Shown here piece by piece: positions 11,595-24,203 of a stretch of 64,000 nt of DNA. Source of the stretch: Chrysemys picta bellii (Eukaryota); the NCBI RefSeq assembly GCF_011386835.1, contig NC_088792.1, positions 172,856,001 through 172,920,000 on the forward strand, read 5' to 3'. How positions within the stretch are numbered: position 1 is the stretch's first letter; the number at the start of each line of letters is the position of its first letter. A program made the position numbers and the translations under genes. The notes below the pieces were generated by a model, which did no database searches, had not been told where the DNA came from, and saw nothing but the letters and a program-made list of their open reading frames with translations.

Positions 11595-14027
11595 TCCAGT
11601 CACTATGGAAAGCCACCTTCCTCCAAATGTATCATGCTATTTTAATCCCATTTTAAATTGGACTTTTCGGAGCTGTTTTCCCCTCCCCCCATAGGGGATC
11701 TCACTCAACTTTCAGCAAGACAGCTTCCCATCTGTCCCTTTCTTCCCTCTTCAGTGAAATCCATCACCACTGCCATCATCAGTAATCTCAGCAGCCCTGA
11801 TGGCAAAGGGATGGTTGATAAAACTCCTTAAAATCCCTCGGTCCTGGATAGTCACCCACTAAGACTTAGAAATGAAGCTGGATCTAGTGGAATCACATTT
11901 TCAAAAGCAACAAAAACGTAGCAATAAAACTGGTTCAGATCATACAACTACATCCTAATGTTGATGGATTTTTTCCCCAGCTAGAGCTACAGTGGCACCC
12001 TGCAACCTACACTTTTTGCTTGTCTACATCCACTTCCATGGGTTAATCTTGAGGCATAACAAGCTTGCCACAAATACTTACTGTGCAGCCCTTATCTGCA
12101 AGTGGAAACAGATACATAGGCTAGAAAAATGTCTGTCACCATGATAGCATTGACAAAGGCAAGGTGCTTTTCCTTGGAACTCTGCCAGTTATTTTGTTGT
12201 TAAAATGATGATTAAACGATTAAGACGATGGATAATGGAAAGCCGGGGTAAGGGGAGAGGAGGGAGATAAGATGTCTTCATCAGAGGCCAAGTTGTATGT
12301 GGGATGGGGATTTGAGCAGAACATTTATCACATTGTTCAAGGCTAGCAGGTTATTGCTGGAACAAGAACGTTGCCAGCCAATACAAAGAAAAATGTATCT
12401 GTAGTGAAGCAGTCAAAATGTTCATTATCCTAGCTACAAACAAAACCACAATCCAGCTCTGGCAGGGGAAGGAGGGGAAATAAACTGTTGCATATAAAAA
12501 GGCTTTCACAGTTTAATTAGTAAAACAAGATTAAACACAGAGCTCCCATCCCATTAATATGGCATCATTCTTAGTATTGAAGTACACTGGGTTTAACCAA
12601 TTCCATTTTTTCTTGGTAGGGAGGTGTCCTCCAAGTTCTGTTTTTATAGCCTTCAAGCATAAAGCTATTTTGTTTTTTAAATTAAACATCATAGTCACTT
12701 ACACTCCAGTATTCTTTCAGTAAGTAGGAGTAGATTTGTTGCTATAGAAACAAAAAAATCTGCATTAGACAGGTGCAAGTTCAGCTTTCCAATGGCTGAG
12801 CTTTGGTTAGTGTCAGTTATGAAATGTTGCAGACAAGATCAAGTTTTTTATGAAGTCAGAAAGATGTGTCAAAATTGTATAATTGCGTTTTTGAGTCAAT
12901 GGTGCATAATAGATGTAATAGTCCATTTGCAGTAATTATTGATTGTATAAAAAAAAGCAAAGAACTTCAGAGAAGAAAACAGAAACAAAACAATCGCTGG
13001 GCTATCATATATGTATGATCAAGTTTTCCCACTTTTCTGGAGAAGATGAAAAATTGCCATGGTTACTGGATTAGCATGACTTTCAAGAAAAGTTAGCACA
13101 AACTCAATGTGTCTATTAAATACAGCATCACTAATGCAAAATAATATACATTAGATCAGTCTCTTGACTTCCCAAAGATCTGCAGCACCAGTCTTAAAAG
13201 ATACAAGAAGCTACAATCGCAGTTCTCAGCAGACACCTGGCAGACCAGCATTCTTGACCTTGTCAACAAGGGAATCTAAGCATCAGTGTGTCAAAGAGAA
13301 GGGCTCTCAATACCGCACTGATATCTGACACTGTGATGCATATAAGACCCTTCAGCCCACACAGGGCCCCACTGACTTCATGTGGCTCCATGCAGACTCC
13401 GGGGTATGCCCACACATATCCATTGCAGTATGGAGGTCTAACTAACCTCATCCATAGTATGAAAGTATAACAAAACCTAGGTTTCTCCCATTCAACTAAG
13501 TTTCCCAATCCTATTCCTTTGAGGGAGGAGTTCTATGTAGCCTGTTCCCATTAATTCAAACTAAAGAAAGTCACTGTAATCACCCCCCTCCCACACAAAC
13601 ACCTTTTGTTTTTGGCCACATACAAAATCTAATGTCCTTCAAGCCTGTCTTCTGGCCTCTTTCTGGCATTTGCTGTTCCTGGCTTCTTTTATTCCTGACA
13701 CCTGCGTTTCTCCTCTTGGCCTGGGGAAGAGGGAAGGGGACCCAGACCCACCCTCTCCTCTGGATTCCCCCTCCCCAGGAACACTGTTTAGACAGCTACC
13801 GATCATTCCTTCAGTCCCTTCACCATTTTTCCTTGGCTGCTCTCACCTTTACCACTCTCATCAATATCTTTACAAGATCTGCAGATTCTGCTCCCCTGCC
13901 CTGACTGTGGGGTTCCTTGCAGCTTCTCCTGGGACCAGCTACGGAAGAATTTCCTAAAAGCCAGGCTCAGCTCTTCCCTATGGCAGTTAGATTGCACTGC
14001 TAGCAGTTCTCTGCCCCGACCTTAAAC

Positions 14028-14381
14028 CAATGGTCCCCAAACTTTTTATGCCGTGCCTCCCCTTACCCGTAATGTGATCTGCCCCTGCCTCCCGGGAGCT
14101 GTGATCAGGAGCCGGGACCAGGTAAGGGGCCACGTCTGGAACCAAAGCCGTGAGCCAGGGATTGGGGCTGGTCTAGAGCCAGAAGCGAGCCACGGCCAGG
14201 CCAGGAGCCAAGGTTGTGGCTGGAGATGGGGCTGGGGCCAGAAGCAGAGCCACGGGCAGAATGGGACTGGGTTGCGCTCCCTCCCCATCCCCCGTGGAGG
14301 CTGGCCAAGCCTTGCTGTGCACCCCCCTTAATGTTCCTCCATACCCCCTACGTGGGCACACCCCAGAGTTTGGGATCAGTA
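14028..14381. mobile_element. Non-autonomous hAT element (degenerate right end)
   Basis: caatggtccccaaacttttt ... gagtttgggatcagta; GC-rich interior; TSD unclear. Confidence 0.65.
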
Positions 14382-14934
14382 TCAGTCTCCTCTAAACAGG
14401 AGTTCCCTCTCACCGGGACTGGGTTTGTATTCCAAGATCCTCTTTGCTTTAGAGTATTTTGTCTTTCCCTCCGTCAAGCAAGTGTTCCTCAGATCCAGAA
14501 AAAGGGCTGAAGGGTGTGTGTGTCACAGGCTCTTGCCTTACCTTAGTCAGTTGCAAGGCTTTTGCCAACTTCCTTCAGCCCAACACCCTTCCCAATTAGC
14601 CTTCCAAAATGGAGGGTTCAGCAGGCCAGCCTTCTCCTATCAGTATCGGTCTGCTGCGTGGGAGGAGGCAGTCTCTATGCTTCTCCCCTTCTCCCAATTC
14701 TTCCCTGCTGATGGCGTGAGAAGGGACCCTTGCCCTGCCTTCTGTTTCAAGTCCTTAAAAGGTACATCCTCCAGATTCCTTCCCCAATCACCATTCATTC
14801 CCAGGACCCTTAGGCCTCCACATGTATCCATTAGACCCTTCCCAACCCTTGAAGAGCCAAGCAAGGTGGTAGGGTGGGCTGACCACTAGGAGCTATAACT
14901 CTCTCTGGCAGCCTACCCCATCACAGATACCAGT

Positions 14935-15065
14935 AATAATACATTAATAATACCACCTAGAGTTTATGTTGAGCTTTTCATCTATTAGATCCCAAAGCAC
15001 TTTACAAAAGGAGGTAAGCATCATTATCCCCATTTTACAGATGGGGAAACAGAGATATGAAGAAT
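14935..15065 (-). mobile_element. MIR-like CORE-SINE fragment
   Basis: cattatccccattttacagatggggaaac is the reverse complement of the CORE motif. Confidence 0.75.
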
Positions 15066-15392
15066 TAGATTTGATCAGCTGCACAGAGTGATGGCCCATA
15101 AAAGCCTGCCAATTATCTTATTTTCTAAGTATTTTTGTTTAGATAACCTCATTATTGCCTCCATTCCAGGTATGCAGTATAGCAAGTACAGAGTGCATAC
15201 AGGAATGCTGCAGCTACTGAATTAACCTATCCTGGCATGAATTTAAGGACTATTATTCCCCAGATGGAAAAAGCTATATATACACATAGTTGTGTGGAAA
15301 TGTGCGATTTGGAGAAATGTGCGTATGTGTACAACAGATATTTTTGAACTGCACATTCCTGCACACTCTGAGGGATATTTTTGATCTATAAC

Positions 15393-15599
15393 TAAAGCCC
15401 TGTATTGTTTACTATCTTTGTGGATCATAGATTGGATACAGATCCAATTTTTGTATCCTAGCAGGGCTGTAACAGTGAGATAGGGTGCTGGTGAGGATAC
15501 ATATAAAAGTGGAGTGTGGATCGCGAGTCGGATACAAGTTAATTATCGCAGATGCAGATCGGATGTGGATCAATTTTTTTGTATCCACGCAGGGCTTTA
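15393..15599. mobile_element. hAT MITE, 207 bp
   Basis: TIR TAAAGCCCTG / CAGGGCTTTA; perfect 8-bp TSD TCTATAAC (15385-92, 15600-07). Confidence 0.88.
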
Positions 15600-15719
15600 T
15601 CTATAACTACCATGTACGACAATTAAAACAGTTACTGTATTATGCATTATTTAGATACGCTGTTGGAAATCCCTTTCAAATAATAAGGCAGTGGTCTGGA
15701 GATTTAAGCAGAAGGGTGG

Positions 15720-16918
15720 TGTGACGGTGCCCCCCATAAGACTTTATGGAAATATGCTTATGAATATATTCCAGTTATGTCATATATATTTTGTGCTACA
15801 CATGCCAGGTAACATATCTATATAAAGGTTATGATCTACTGAATCTATCAATCCTATTTGTATGCATATATCATTTTTGTACTAAAAGTTATGAATATTG
15901 GTCGTGTACTGGCTTGATTTCTAAATAACCTTAGTAGAGCATTTGGTCAGTTCCTGGAGAAAGGAATTCACAAAGTTAAGTGCCCAATCAGGAAGCACTT
16001 AAGGAACAATGCATCTTTGAATGCTCCAATCCACATAAGAAGTCTTCCTGGAGACATTTGAGATACCATGTGGGCAATGGCTTGTGCCTGTAAAAACTAT
16101 GAGTCATGCATGGATATGTGACTTGCCCAGGTGACTCCAGAACTCCATCTTGGAGCTGGACTTTGTATAGGAGAGAGGAGGGGGTCTCCACCCACAAGAG
16201 AAAGTCTATTTAAGCCCATGGGAGACCCCTCCATTTTGTCTTCAGCTGGCTAAAGAGAGGGCCTCTCCACTCCCAAAGATACCTGAAAGAAACTGGAACA
16301 AAGGACAGCGACTGCAAGGGGTGTGAGTGATTTGCTGCACCCAGACTAAAAGGAGATTAGTCTGTAAAAGGAAGCATTCTGGAACTGGTGAGGATCTTAT
16401 CTGTATTCAGTTTCTTACTGTATTAAATATAGATTTGAGTGTTCTATTTTATTTTACTTGGTAGTTCACTTTGTTCTGTCTGTTACTACTTGGAACCACT
16501 TAAATCCTACTTTCTGTATTTAATAAAATCACTTTTTACTTATTAATTAACCCAGAGTATATATTAATACCTGGAGGGGCAAACAGCTGTGCATATCTCT
16601 CTATCAGTGTTATAGAGGGCAAACAATTTATGAGTTTACCCTGTATAAGCTTTATACAGGGTAAAACGGATTTATTTGGGTTTTAGACCCCATTGGGCAT
16701 CTAAAGATAAACACACTTCTGTTAGCTGCTTTTGGTCAAGTCTGCAGCTTTGGGGCAAGTAATTCAGATCCTGGATCTGTGCTGGAGCAGACGGGTGTGT
16801 CTGACTCAGCAACACAGGGTGCTGGGGTCCCGAGCTGGCAGGGAAAGCAGGGGCAGTAGTAGTCTTGGCACACCAGTTGGCAGCACCCAAGGGGGTTTCT
16901 GTGATATAACCCGTCACA
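15720..16918 (+). mobile_element. Solo LTR, 1199 bp (Gypsy- or ERV-type)
   Basis: TGTGACGG...CCGTCACA perfect terminal inverted repeat; 5-bp TSD GGTGG; TATTTAA at 16207 and AATAAA at 16522 on the plus strand. Confidence 0.92.
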
Positions 16919-18736
16919 GGTGGAAACCAGGAAGTCCTGAGTTCTAATCACAGGGGCTAGTTTCTCGAGTACAACGAGGATCACATTTGCCCATCATGCA
17001 ACAGGTTTCTGGTTCAAAAGTAGGCATGAACAGGACTTTCAAACTAGATGATCACAGTGATTCCTTATGGCCTTTGAATGCCAGTATAACTGAGCCAAAA
17101 AAGGATTGTAGCTACATTAATAGCAGTTCCAAATAAACTCAAAACAAACAAACAAAAATTCTTAAATTGATAACCTCCACTGTACCAATGTATGGACCAC
17201 ATGCATCATATTAGAATTTCCTTTTTAAAAACAAAAATTCTCAAACTAGCCCTCCCAAGCACATTCCAACACAGCAGCAGAATTTTTATAAGCCAGTCTC
17301 TCTGTTTACATTCTAACAAAGCAGTTGAGATTAGCTGGGACACTTGAATTGCCCGTTTCTACATTTGTTTTTAACACAGAACCTTCTCAGTGAAGGGCCC
17401 TCAATTCTGGCATTTTCTCCAGCTTGCTCTGACAGAGCCAGAGTTTACAGACTTTCGGGGCTGGATTTCTATCTAGTACACAAGTTTTGTATCAGTGTAA
17501 TTGCATCTGTTTCAGCACAAAGCTGGTGTAAGTAGGGGAGAATCAAGCCCTCAAGGAACCTATGGGTTATATATTTTCTCAGTCTCTTCTTTAAGATGTT
17601 GCTTTAAGGAGAGGGTTGGTTCCCCCTCAGATGGATACGAAGTTCTTTATCATCACTGATGTTCAGTGGTATATGTATTTTTCATACACTCACCTAGAAA
17701 CCATGAAAGCTGCATTTTTATAAATGAATATACATACATGAGGGCCACATGTTAAAGATGGCTCTATCATATTGTATGTCCTTCTTGATTTTCTAAAGCT
17801 ATGCCAATAATTAGATCCTCATTGTATATTCTGGCACTCCCTTGGCTAGGTCTGTGATAGGACTAAATATTTTGTTAACAAAATTACATGAAAGGTAACT
17901 ACAAATCTGAGTTCCAAGCAACTGCGTCATCCCTTCCTATGAATCAGTCAATAGAACACCATGTTATTCCTTGGGACTCTTGATTCTGACTGAATTAGTA
18001 AATTGGATTTTGCAATACAGAAATTACTCCCCCCCCCCCCCAAGTACACTAAACCCCACAATCCTTGTTATTACTTCTGCATTTTACTTAACACAGTTTC
18101 TGGAGTCACAGCACCCTACGCACTAAGCAAACTATCTTTAGGAAACTGGATGAGATCAGCAATAAATGAGTTGTAGCTTCAAAGACTGACATCCCAACAA
18201 AGAAAAGCAAGTTCATTGCCACACCACAGTCTAAAGTGGAAGAATTCTGAGCTACTTTAGGAAATGTTACAAATGTATCCAGTGTGTTCCTGGTACCCAC
18301 AAAAACTACTGCTTAACAACATTAGGAAGTCAATGCATAATGATTATACAGTGTTTGAGGTGCATATCATTTAAATTGTTTAATGTGGATATAGATGTCT
18401 CATGAATAATTCAAAAAGTAGTACAGAAAGCAAGTAACTCTTTTGGCCTACGTGAGTAGGCAAATAGGGCACTGTGCATTTTAAACCCGTACACAATCCT
18501 TTAAGGATCTTCAGAGAGCCATTAGCCTTGAAAGGTTTGATTTTATAGCTTTCTGAAGCTTAGAAATAGCTTGCAAAAGATAATGGGCTCTGGATTGCCC
18601 AGTAAAGATCAATCATTCTTCGCCAGTCTGCTAGCAAGGGGTTAAGATTTATGAAAGCAGAAGCCTCTGATATATTGCCACTTGATTGACAAAATGTATG
18701 TGATCACAACACTGTACACAATCTAAATGGGAGGAA

Positions 18737-19233
18737 TAGGGTTACCATACGTCTGGATTTTCCCGGACATGTCCGGCTTTTTGGGCTCCAAATCCCCGTC
18801 CGGGGGGAAATCCCAAAAAGCCGGACATGTCCGGGAAAATCGGAGCAGGGCCGGGGGCTCCGGGGGCAGGCCGGCGGTGCGGTGCCGGGGGCTCCGGGGC
18901 CGGGACGGGGGCTCGGGGGCCGGGCCGGGGGCTCGGGGGTGTGGTGCCGGGGGCCCGGGGGCCGGCAGTGCTGGGCGGGCCGGGGGTGCTCGGCCGGGCC
19001 CGGGGCCAGCACCCCAGGGCCCGAGCCGACCCAGGCTGGAGACGCCGGGGGGGCCAGCCTGGGCCGCGCCTCCTCCCCCCACACGCCCCTTACCTGCTTC
19101 AGGCTTCCCGCGACTCAAATGTTCGCGGGAAGCAGGGGAGGGGGCGGAGACTTTGGGGAGGGGGTGGAGTTGGGGCGGGGGCTGGGCCCAGTGGAGTGTC
19201 CTCCTTTCGGAGGCACTAAATATGGTAACCCTA
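18737..19233 (+). mobile_element. Non-autonomous hAT element, 497 bp, CpG-rich
   Basis: TIR TAGGGTTACCATA / TATGGTAACCCTA; perfect 8-bp TSD GGGAGGAA; repeated ccggacatgtccgg subterminal motifs. Confidence 0.95.
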
Positions 19234-19298
19234 GGGAGGAAGATTTGGGAACAATGTACAGTATTCAGAACAGGATTGGACAAGCCTATAGACTAGAA

Positions 19299-20241
19299 CA
19301 GGGGTCTCAAACACACGGCTTGCGGCCCGCAGAGCTCTTCCCTGCGGCCTGCCAAGCTCCCCATGGCCCCCTCCCCCTGTCACTTCCAAACTCCCCTCAA
19401 CCCCCACCCCCGAGTTAATTTGTGTGGCAGCTAAGCTCCCTGCTCCCCAATGTTTGGGGCCGGGTCTCTCCCCCGGCCCCGCCTGCCGCCCCCATGCACC
19501 TCCCCCGAGGGTCCCCCGGCCTCACTTGCTGCCCCCTCACCGCCCCGGAGCCTGCAGCTCATGCTGACTCAACACTGCTCTGCTGGCTTCCAGCATCACC
19601 TGCTGGCACAGGGTCCTAGTGCCCCCCTCCACTACGTCCAGGGCCAGCTGCCCTTCCCCTGCCCTTCTGCCCTAGTCCTGAGCATCTCCAATGCCCCGAG
19701 CCTCTCATCCCCAGCCCTCACCCCTGCACCCCCTCCTATACCCAAACTCCCTCCCAGAGCCTTAGGCAGGTGGGGGCGGAGTTTGGGGGGGCAGGTTCTG
19801 GGCACCACCAAAATTTCTACAAACCTGCCACCCCTGGAAGAGGCAGAGCAGGGGTGGAGTGGTGGTGCAGCCCAGTGCAGTGGGGGGGCTTTAACAGAAA
19901 TAAATCTAACTAAGTGCGTGTTTTGTCCTTTGAGTGAGGTGCATTACTGAGTGTATATATTTTATTAAAACCGCTTGGAAATGACTTGTTGTAGGAGCAG
20001 CACTGATCTGTATCTGTATAATGCTTAGCACTTTCCAGGAGGGAGGGGGAAGGAGCATGCTCAGGGGAGGAGGTGGAGAAGAAATGGGGCACGGGCGGGG
20101 CCTCATGGACGGGGAGAAGAGGGGGTGGGGCCGGGGCCAGTGAGGGGTGTGTGTGTGTGTGTGTGTGTCAGTGATGCGGCCCTCGGGCCAATGAACTAGT
20201 CCTCATGTGGCCCTCATGGTCATTTGAGTTTGAGACCCCTG
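19299..20241. mobile_element. Non-autonomous hAT element, 943 bp
   Basis: TIR CAGGGGTCTCAAAC / GTTTGAGACCCCTG; TSD GACTAGAA / GACTAGAG; contains another hAT-like end (acctgccacccctg, near 19835) and (GT)11. Confidence 0.92.
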
Positions 20242-20735
20242 GACTAGAGCTTCAAGAGCTGTGACGGACGCCAAGCTAAAGCTGATGCAGTTCAAGCTGA
20301 TGCATCATTTGTGCTGAAGGTGGTACAAAATGAGTGATTACGGCTTCAGACTGGTGCATGCTGGCAGTATTTCCACCAATCATATCACTGAAAGCTCATG
20401 ACTGCTATGGAGGCAAAGGAACTTAACAGAGGTAACATTCACTGGAGTTCAGCTCCATTCCAGACCATAATGATTCTCTCCTTCAAGACTCAAAAGAAAA
20501 CGTCTATGTAAAGAAAACTAATAACGACAGGCTACATGCAACAATGGAAATAGTACACAGGTTACAAGGGGGTGATCGATTTAAAATGATCAAGCACAGC
20601 AATTAGTACCCTCTTTCTCAGCTCTCCCTCACAATATTATATCACAAGAGCTTTTTTATTTTTCCCTAGCAGTGACTTCTCAAGCAAGACCTTGTAAAAA
20701 TGTCCTAAATGCTGACCTAGCTTCTTCAAACCCAC

Positions 20736-21872
20736 TAGGGTTACCATATTTCAGCAAGCAAAAAAGAGGACAGGAGGAGCCCCGCCCTAGCCCCGCCCCT
20801 GTCCTGCCCTAGCCCCGCCTCTCCCACTTCCCGCCCCCCTCAGAACCCCAACCCTCCCCCCGCTCCTTGTCCCCTGACTGACCCCTCCTGGGACCCCTGC
20901 CCCTAACTGCCCCCCTGGACTCCACCCCCTACCTAAGCCTCCCTGCTCCTTGTCCCCTAACTGGCCCCTCCTGAGACCCTCCCCCCATCCTAACTGGCCC
21001 TCTAGGACCCTACCCCCTACCGGTGTCCCTTGACTGCCCCAACCCTTATCCACACCCCCAGACAGATCCCTGGGACTCCCACGCCCCATCCAACCACTCC
21101 CCACCCCCTGACAGCCCCCCCCCAGAACTCCCGACCCATCTAAACCCCTCTGCTCCCTGTCCCCCGACTGCTCCGATCCCTCTCCCCACCCCTGCCCCCT
21201 GACAGCCCCCCCCCAGAACTCCCAACCCCCCCCCCCACTCCTTGTCCCCTGACCACCCCTCCTGGGATCCCTGCTCTTAACTGCCCTCCAGAACCCCACC
21301 CCCTACCTAAGCCTCCCTGTTCCTTGTCCCCTAACTGCCCCCTCCTAAGACCCCCGCACCCTAACTGCCCCCCCCGGACCCTACCCCCTACCTGTACCCT
21401 GACTGCCCAAAACCTTATCCACACCCCCCCTAGAAAGCCCCCCGCCGAACTCCCGACCCCCCCCCCCGCTCCCTGTCTCTTGACTGCCCCCTCCAGAACC
21501 TCCCTGCCCCTTCTCCGACCCCCTGGCCCCCTTACCCTGCCGCTCAGACCAGCGTGCTGGGGAGGAGGAGCAGGAGGAGGAGCTCCAGACTGCCGGTGCG
21601 AATGGCCAGCTGGTGATCTGCGAATGCAGGGAGGGAGGGAGGGAGTGCTCTCAGCTGCAGGGGAGAGGAGGGGGAAGTGGAGGAGGGGTCTCTCTGGCGG
21701 TCGGAGCCCCATGAAAGTGGCACCATCCGGCTGGCTGCCCTGTCAGCCGCGCGCGCTCTGCATGGGGGGGGGGGGGGGAGGGAAGTCCGGACATTTACAA
21801 ATTCCCCCGGACGCTATTTTTAACTCTAAAAGCCGGACATGTCCGGGGGAATCCGGACGAATGGTAACCCTA
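20736..21872 (-). mobile_element. Non-autonomous hAT element, 1137 bp, same terminal family as 18737-19233 but inverted
   Basis: TIR TAGGGTTACCAT / ATGGTAACCCTA; perfect 8-bp TSD AAACCCAC; the ccggacatgtccgg end is on the right; internal ~200-bp segment duplicated (about 20863-21066 and 21238-21436). Confidence 0.95.
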
Positions 21873-22914
21873 AAACCCACACACAGTTTCCTTCTCTACT
21901 TGCGCAAATAAAGGCCTGGTGACTTGATCCCATCTTTCCCCTTTTTGTTACCTAGAGAAGTAATAAGTAAATAGCAAACTGTGTTTGCTTTGGGCATTTG
22001 CCAACAACTCCAAAGCAGATACATTTGTTCTCATTAGAGACCTATGGATGAAAAATACTATAAAAGAGCTAGGGATTATTATTATTATTAGGTATTTGCA
22101 CATGCATGAATTGTGAACACGTTTACTTTAAAAAGCCACAACTTGTTTGCAAACAATACATGAAGAGGGAAAAGGTTAAACACTTTGAAAGGGTCCCTAT
22201 GATTAGTTCATCCAGCTCTAATCCCAAACTATGAAGCAATTAATGGACCAAGTACCAGCTATGTTAGAGAGATTTCCAGGTGCTAGCTGCCATTTGTACC
22301 TCGGAACACCCCACCGGATTTCAACCTATGAGCCACCAAGATAGTTGTGCTGCTCTGGGACAAACACAGAGCCCAGGAAAAAAGCATTACCAGCTGACAA
22401 TCTAGCCAAGGAACAAATTTCAGAGTAGAAATGACATGAATCTCTAGAGTATGACCATCTTGAGGAAATGCTGCAAAACATTTATCTTTTTGACAAAGCA
22501 TTTCCATCATAACAAGAGTGACACAACAGACACCCCTGTCTACTACTCTTCTCCTGCAAAAAAAAAAAAAAAAAACCAAAAAACCAAAAAACCACCACAG
22601 CATGCCCCCCCACCCACAAACAAAAAAGGAAGAAAGGGCCAGAGACTCTGAAGTTCACTAGAGACACTGCTATCAATTTTACAAGGGAGGGATTCCGATA
22701 TTGGAGTGAAGGGTAACAGTATAAAAGCCTAAGAACTAAATTTCTGTGGTTCAAAAATGAAATCATCCATTAAAAAAACAACAACAACAAAAAAAACAAC
22801 TTTTCATTTTTAAGTTCTTCAGTCTCCCCTCCTCCCAAGGTTCCTGAGTGTAGCTAGGGGCTGAAGTTGAATGGCCAAAAGACCCGATGAATGTCTCACT
22901 GTGGTTCTGGTCCA

Positions 22915-23150
22915 ATCGGTCTAGTGGACTGAGAGCCAGAACACTTCTAATCCTGGCTCTGCCACTGGCTTGCTCTGTAATCCTGGACAAGTCATTTCAT
23001 CTCTCTGTGCCTCTGTGTCACCTGCGACCCTTTGTCTGACATGTCTGTTTAAACGGAATGCTCCCCTTAGGGCACGGATCATCTCTCAGTGTGTTTGTGC
23101 AATGCTTAGCACAATGGAGCCCCCAAACTTGGTTGGGGCTCCTAGGCCCC
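22915..23150 (+). mobile_element. tRNA/CORE-type SINE with L2-like tail
   Basis: ctggctctgccactggcttgct..ctggacaagtcattt..ctctgtgcctc followed by gcttagcacaatggagccc tail. Confidence 0.7.
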
Positions 23151-23853
23151 CCTTCCCCCCCCCCCTTTTTTTTTAAAAATTTCCAGCTCACTTTTGTAGA
23201 CTCAAGAATCCTGGATCAATATCTCAATTTCCAGGTGCTTATTAGACCAAACCTCCGAACGTTGCACACTTCATACATATGCTTAGTATACTCTGCTCCC
23301 AGCCTGCACAGCTTTGATTCAGCTTGGTTGGAATAGCACAAGCTGCAGGCTGTGTTCACTCCTGGATGAGTTTAGACAAAAAACAGTCTTCCTTGATCAT
23401 CTGTGCTGGCACCAGATGCAAATGAGGAAGGACTGCGTGGAAATTCTGTTAATTAAAGATAGATAAATAAATAAAAGCAGAGTGCAGAAGGAAAGGTTAT
23501 CTCACACCACAATGCAGAGACAACACATGTAAACAAAAGACAGTGACAGAGAAAGAAAAAAAAGAAATCACATTCACTCTGGAGAAATCCAATCCTTTTA
23601 TCAAGTAGAGGGAGAAGTAATAGACTAAACTCCATTGACTGAATAATAGAAATGGGATTACTTTCCACGGTCTTGAAATAGCACAGTATAATGCAAGTTA
23701 TTCTAAAATGCATCCATACATGACACAGGTGCCTTCCAAGGGTGGTTTCCACACAGAATGGCTCATGTTTTCTTATGTGTACACTTGCATTAAAATGTCA
23801 ACTATATATAAATAGTAGGCATTTTTTCTAATGTAATGATTTCTCTATGTATG

Positions 23854-24203
23854 GGAATGACTGGGAATGGTTGGGTCATTACACTAATTTAATCTATTTC
23901 CCCATGTTAAGTATCCTCACACCTGCTATAGGTCATCTCGATTATCACTTCAAAGGTTTTTTTCCTCCTGCTGATAGCTCATCTCAATTGATTGGCCTCT
24001 TACAGTTGGTATGGCTACTTCCACCTTTTCATGTTTTCTGTATGTATAAATATCTTCTTTGTGTGTGTTCCATTCTATGCATCCGAAGAAGTGGGCTGTA
24101 GCCCACGAAAGCTTATGCTCAAATAAATTTGTTAGTCTCTAAGGTGCCACAAGTACTCCTGTTCTTTTTGCGGATACAGACTAAAACAGCTGCTACTCTG
24201 AAA
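23854..24203 (+). mobile_element. Penelope-like element 3' fragment, family B
   Basis: End of the ORF (DWEWLGHYTN) followed by the terminal repeat (...gaaagcttatgctcaaataaatttgttagtctctaaggtgccacaagtac...); flanked by the 10-bp direct repeat TCTATGTATG (23844-53, 24204-13). Confidence 0.88.
24079..24118 (+). ncRNA. Minimal type-I hammerhead ribozyme motif (U4 to C variant)
   Basis: GCAU-CCGAAGA-A-GUGGGC-UGUA-GCCCAC-GAAA-GCUU-AUGC; perfect 6-bp stem II and 4-bp stem I. Confidence 0.72.

Noticed and set aside
13700-14900. Possible ancient LINE coding relic (QGSLLTP-like and TDHS-like peptides)
   Set aside because: Matches are too short to support by eye; needs a translated HMM search.
18704-19950. 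Many overlapping 120-190 aa Gly/Pro/Ala-rich ORFs on both strands (also 20787-21911, 6068-6848, 48102-48923)
   Set aside because: They lie inside GC-rich non-autonomous hAT elements; long ORFs in all frames reflect stop-codon scarcity, and there are no domain motifs.
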